Source: Euryarchaeota archaeon UBA10
GTDB taxonomy: Archaea; Thermoplasmatota; Poseidoniia; Poseidoniales; Poseidoniaceae
NCBI GenBank assembly: GCA_002498185.1
Contig: DAGO01000089.1
Location: 12,118 to 70,939, forward strand
Direction of reading: 5' to 3'
DNA: 58,822 bases
Shown here: piece by piece, positions 56,092 to 58,822 of the stretch
Layout: each line of letters opens with the position of its first letter
Position numbering within the stretch: position 1 is the stretch's first letter
The notes under the pieces: generated by a model
What the model was told of the DNA's origin: nothing
What the model saw: only the letters and a program-made list of their open reading frames with translations
Databases searched by the model: none
Position numbers and translations under genes: made by a program

Positions 56092-56877
56092 TCAGATTGA
56101 GCGCATTCGGCCACCGTCAACAGCAAGTGAAACACCTCGGATGCCGCCGGATATAGGCATGCAGAGGTAAGTAATCGCAGCTCCTGTTTCAAGTGGGTCA
56201 ATCAGCCTGTCAATTGGAACTTGAGACATCCATCCATCGTGTATCTCTTCGATGCTTTTTCCAGTCTTAGAATTAATCGAAGATGCTAGAGAACCAAGAC
56301 GGTCTGTATCTGTAAATCCGGGCAGGACATTGTTGATTGTGATGCAGGTTGGAAGTTCACGAGAAAGTGACTTTGCCCACGAGGCCATTGCTCCTCTCAA
56401 TGTATTGGAAAGTCCAATGTTTGGAATTGGTTCTCTAACCGATGTTGAGATTATGTTGACAATCCTGCCCATCCCGACTTTCTCCATCAGTGGCACGACA
56501 CCCCTAACCAATGTGTGTGATGCATGTAGATGTCTCTTGAATGGTGCTTCAAAATCTTCGACCTCATTGTCTAGCAGAGGCCCCCCTGGTGGACCTGCTG
56601 CATTGTTAATTAGGATGTGGCATTCTTCAATTGAAGAAATAAATTTCCCAATTGCTTCTTGATCTTCTAAATCAAGGCTAATTCCCGTATGTCCTTCACC
56701 TTCAAGAGTAGCAACTAAATCGTGCGGATTCCTACTTACTGCAGTAACTTTAGCACCAGCTTTAGCGAGCATCTTTGCTGTTGCTGCACCTATTCCTTTG
56801 GACGCCCCACATACAATTGCATGCTTTCCGATAAGCGCATTAGAGGAAAAGGGAAAGTCATCTCCTAGCCAGTCCAT
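56092..56877 (-). CDS. SDR-family oxidoreductase
   Basis: KHAIVCGASKGIGAATAKMLAKAGAKV (TG...GIG Rossmann motif), NNAAG, and PGFTDT near the C-terminus. Start taken at MDWLGDD. Confidence 0.8.
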   Translation of the reverse strand: MDWLGDDFPFSSNALIGKHAIVCGASKGIGAATAKMLAKAGAKVTAVSRNPHDLVATLEGEGHTGISLDLEDQEAIGKFISSIEECHILINNAAGPPGGPLLDNEVEDFEAPFKRHLHASHTLVRGVVPLMEKVGMGRIVNIISTSVREPIPNIGLSNTLRGAMASWAKSLSRELPTCITINNVLPGFTDTDRLGSLASSINSKTGKSIEEIHDGWMSQVPIDRLIDPLETGAAITYLCMPISGGIRGVSLAVDGGRMRSI

Positions 56878-56908
56878 GTATACGCCAAGTAGCGCTGGGT
56901 ATTGAACC

Positions 56909-57640
56909 TTACAACCAATCTCTAATGGTCTCAACTTGTGTTAACCAATCATCACTAGCAACATCAATGATTGAATAATGGTCTCCCGGCAACCATACTT
57001 TCTGGACTTCGACGCCCTTGGCTTTCATAGCCCTAGCATATGATTCTGATTGAATCCATGGAACGTCTTGGTCTGCCTTGCCGTGCATCAGTACAACAGA
57101 AGTCTTTGGAGGGTTGTCAACGGGATTTACTCGACGCCACAACTCCTCATTGCCCTCAGGGGCACAACCCATCCAACGACGCACTGCATCTCCACCATCA
57201 GATAATTTTGCATGATCTGCAGCCACAATATCTGCAATAGGCGCTTGTGCTATTGTTAGCCAAGGTTTTCTCTCAGCAACAGCTGACATCATCAATGCCA
57301 GATGGCCCCCTGCAGAGTGGCCCAGAATCATCGAGCGTACAATGTCTATACCTGGTAGAAGCGCAAGTTGGCCCCAAGCCCTCATTACATCAGAAAGAGT
57401 ATCCATCCAGACACCTTCATCTCCATCTTCCCAGCCTTTGAATTCAATATTCCATGCAGCAATACCCTGTTCCGCCAAATCTTCAGCGATTGGAGCCATC
57501 AAATCAAGGGTGAATTTCTTTCTCCAGAAGCCTCCGTGTATCAGCATCACACATGGTATTCCCTCGTCCTTTTGGTACGGAGATGGTTCATCCGGCATGT
57601 ACAAATCAGCAAACTGCCAATCTTCAGCACCCCACTGCAT
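56909..57640 (-). CDS. alpha/beta hydrolase, arylformamidase (kynurenine formamidase)-like
   Basis: VMLIHGGFWRKKF...ILGHSAGGHLALMM...HGKADQDVP. The HGG(Y/F)W oxyanion block plus the GHSAG.HLA nucleophile elbow resemble AFMID/Bna7-type formamidases. Start taken at Met27 (57640) to avoid overlapping the aspS 3' end. Confidence 0.55.
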   Translation of the reverse strand: MQWGAEDWQFADLYMPDEPSPYQKDEGIPCVMLIHGGFWRKKFTLDLMAPIAEDLAEQGIAAWNIEFKGWEDGDEGVWMDTLSDVMRAWGQLALLPGIDIVRSMILGHSAGGHLALMMSAVAERKPWLTIAQAPIADIVAADHAKLSDGGDAVRRWMGCAPEGNEELWRRVNPVDNPPKTSVVLMHGKADQDVPWIQSESYARAMKAKGVEVQKVWLPGDHYSIIDVASDDWLTQVETIRDWL

Positions 57641-57665
57641 GCGGTCTACTGCCAATTTTACCAAC

Positions 57666-58822
57666 TCAAGGTGTAACTCTGCTGCGGTCTCTTGGGAAGA
57701 GAACTGTTTCACGAACATTTCTGGAACCAGTCAGCACCATCAGCAAACGTGCCACTCCCAATCCCCATCCAGCGTGAGGTGGAGCCCCGTAGCGGAAACC
57801 ATCTGTGTAGAATGTGAAATCCGCCGGGTCTAATTCCATGTTTCTCAAATTCTGTTCTAGAACGTCAACATTGTGTTCTCTCTGTCCACCACTCGTCATC
57901 TCGTCTCGGCCATAATTCAAATCGAATCCTCGAGACAGTTGCTCGCCAGTGGAACCAAGTTCCCCCGGTACATGATGAATGTAGAATGGTTTCATCGACA
58001 TTGGCCAACGAGGCAAGAAGTGGAACCCAGGATACTTCGCTGCAATAATGTCGCAATGGGAAGACTCGATATCATCCCCCCATGTGATTTCAACACCAGC
58101 ATCTTGAATCATCTTGATGGCGTCGCAATACTCAATCCTCGGGAATGGCAGGCTAGGGACTTCAACGGAAATTGGTTCGTCTCCTTGGCTCGCTCGGTAT
58201 TCGTTGATGATGTCGATTTGGTCTTGGTCATTTTCTGCAACCGTCTTCCAAATGTGATGAATCATTCTTTCTTGAACACACATGACATCATCATCATTCA
58301 TCCATGCTCCTTCAATATCGAAGGATATGAACTCGTTTAGGTGTCTGTAAGTATCGTGCTTCTCAGCACGGAATGCCGGACCAATTTCGAATACCCTTTC
58401 CATTCCTCCAAGCACAGTCAACTGCTTGTATAATTGTGGACTCTGGGATAAGAAAGCAGGAGTATCGAAATACATCATTGGGAATAAATTGGTTCCACCT
58501 TCTGATGCAGAAGCGATGATTTTTGGAGAGTTAATTTCCTTGAATCCTTCAGTAATTAGATGCTCTCTACCATACTGTAGAACTTTTGCTCTTAGAGTGA
58601 ACATTGCGTTGACATGTGCTCTTCTCAAATCCAAAAATCGGTTATCAAGACGAGTATCAAGACCGATAGAAACAGTGTCTGTCACTCCTAGAGGGAGAGG
58701 AGTTTCTGCCTGTGCAAGAACTACAAATTTGGAAGCTACCACTTCATAGGAGGGCGGTGGAACTGGTTCTCCTTCGGCAACCTTAGGTGGGCGCTTTTGT
58801 GCTACTTCACCAACAATTTGAA
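57666..58822 (-). CDS. aspS: aspartate--tRNA ligase, archaeal/eukaryal type (5' partial, runs off window)
   Basis: FRAEKHDTYRHLNEFISFDIEGAW, GGQREH, YGAPPHAGWGLGVARLLM and LFPRDRSRVTP are class IIb motifs 2-3. The frame stays open upstream of the listed GTG (..QIVGEVAQKRPPKVAEGEPVPPPSYEVVASKF) to base 58822. Confidence 0.85.
   Translation of the reverse strand, partial: QIVGEVAQKRPPKVAEGEPVPPPSYEVVASKFVVLAQAETPLPLGVTDTVSIGLDTRLDNRFLDLRRAHVNAMFTLRAKVLQYGREHLITEGFKEINSPKIIASASEGGTNLFPMMYFDTPAFLSQSPQLYKQLTVLGGMERVFEIGPAFRAEKHDTYRHLNEFISFDIEGAWMNDDDVMCVQERMIHHIWKTVAENDQDQIDIINEYRASQGDEPISVEVPSLPFPRIEYCDAIKMIQDAGVEITWGDDIESSHCDIIAAKYPGFHFLPRWPMSMKPFYIHHVPGELGSTGEQLSRGFDLNYGRDEMTSGGQREHNVDVLEQNLRNMELDPADFTFYTDGFRYGAPPHAGWGLGVARLLMVLTGSRNVRETVLFPRDRSRVTP

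Noticed and set aside
1-58822. CRISPR arrays, rRNA genes, SRP/RNase P RNAs, prophage or defence-system genes.
   Set aside because: No intergenic region exceeds ~135 bp, and none contains regularly spaced direct repeats. No ORF shows Cas, restriction-modification, toxin-antitoxin (beyond a lone RHH protein), integrase or capsid signatures.

Overview
The window is a gene-dense (~59 kb) archaeal chromosomal segment. I infer an uncultured marine euryarchaeote of the Marine Group II/Poseidoniales type, but nothing was searched.

Archaeal hallmarks lie on both sides of the window:
- CTP-type riboflavin kinase
- archaeal-type PheS
- RFC small subunit
- archaeal/eukaryal-type AspRS (5' partial at the right edge)
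- an elongator tRNA-Met with a 56-nt intron at the canonical 37/38 position
- tRNA-Thr(UGU)

I call 48 CDS and 2 tRNAs. Housekeeping genes include truA, ribK, kbl, citrate synthase, tatC, folD, an AspC-like aminotransferase, pheS, pyk, rfcS, panB and aspS. They are interleaved with many acidic-tailed membrane proteins. I saw no rRNA, CRISPR array, transposase or integrase.

Four regions stand out:
1. 5019-8973: a three-gene unit coupled by ATGA overlaps. It encodes a DUF835-like protein, a bacterial DnaA/Hda-like AAA+ ATPase without a DNA-binding domain, and a YkgJ-type Cys-cluster protein.
2. 24123-27092: a 989-aa protein with one TM helix at each end. It has collinear motif matches to the eukaryotic CD36/LIMP-2 scavenger-receptor family and is followed by an SPFH protein.
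3. 34714-46392: a 3014-aa surface protein with about seven DNRLRE/CBM96-like modules plus Ig-like repeats, and an 861-aa Ig-repeat partner. Both end in the same TM + poly-acidic + Trp-rich cytoplasmic tail.
4. 46393-57640: a catabolic cluster. It holds a paralogous AmnB/AmnA-type extradiol dioxygenase pair, with the AmnA-like subunit fused to a RidA/YjgF domain. It also holds a muconic-semialdehyde-type ALDH, an arylformamidase-like hydrolase, an LLM oxidoreductase, an asparaginase-II-like protein and an APC permease.

All family assignments come from reading the translated ORFs against remembered family signatures. No database search was run. Start codons are frequently uncertain.
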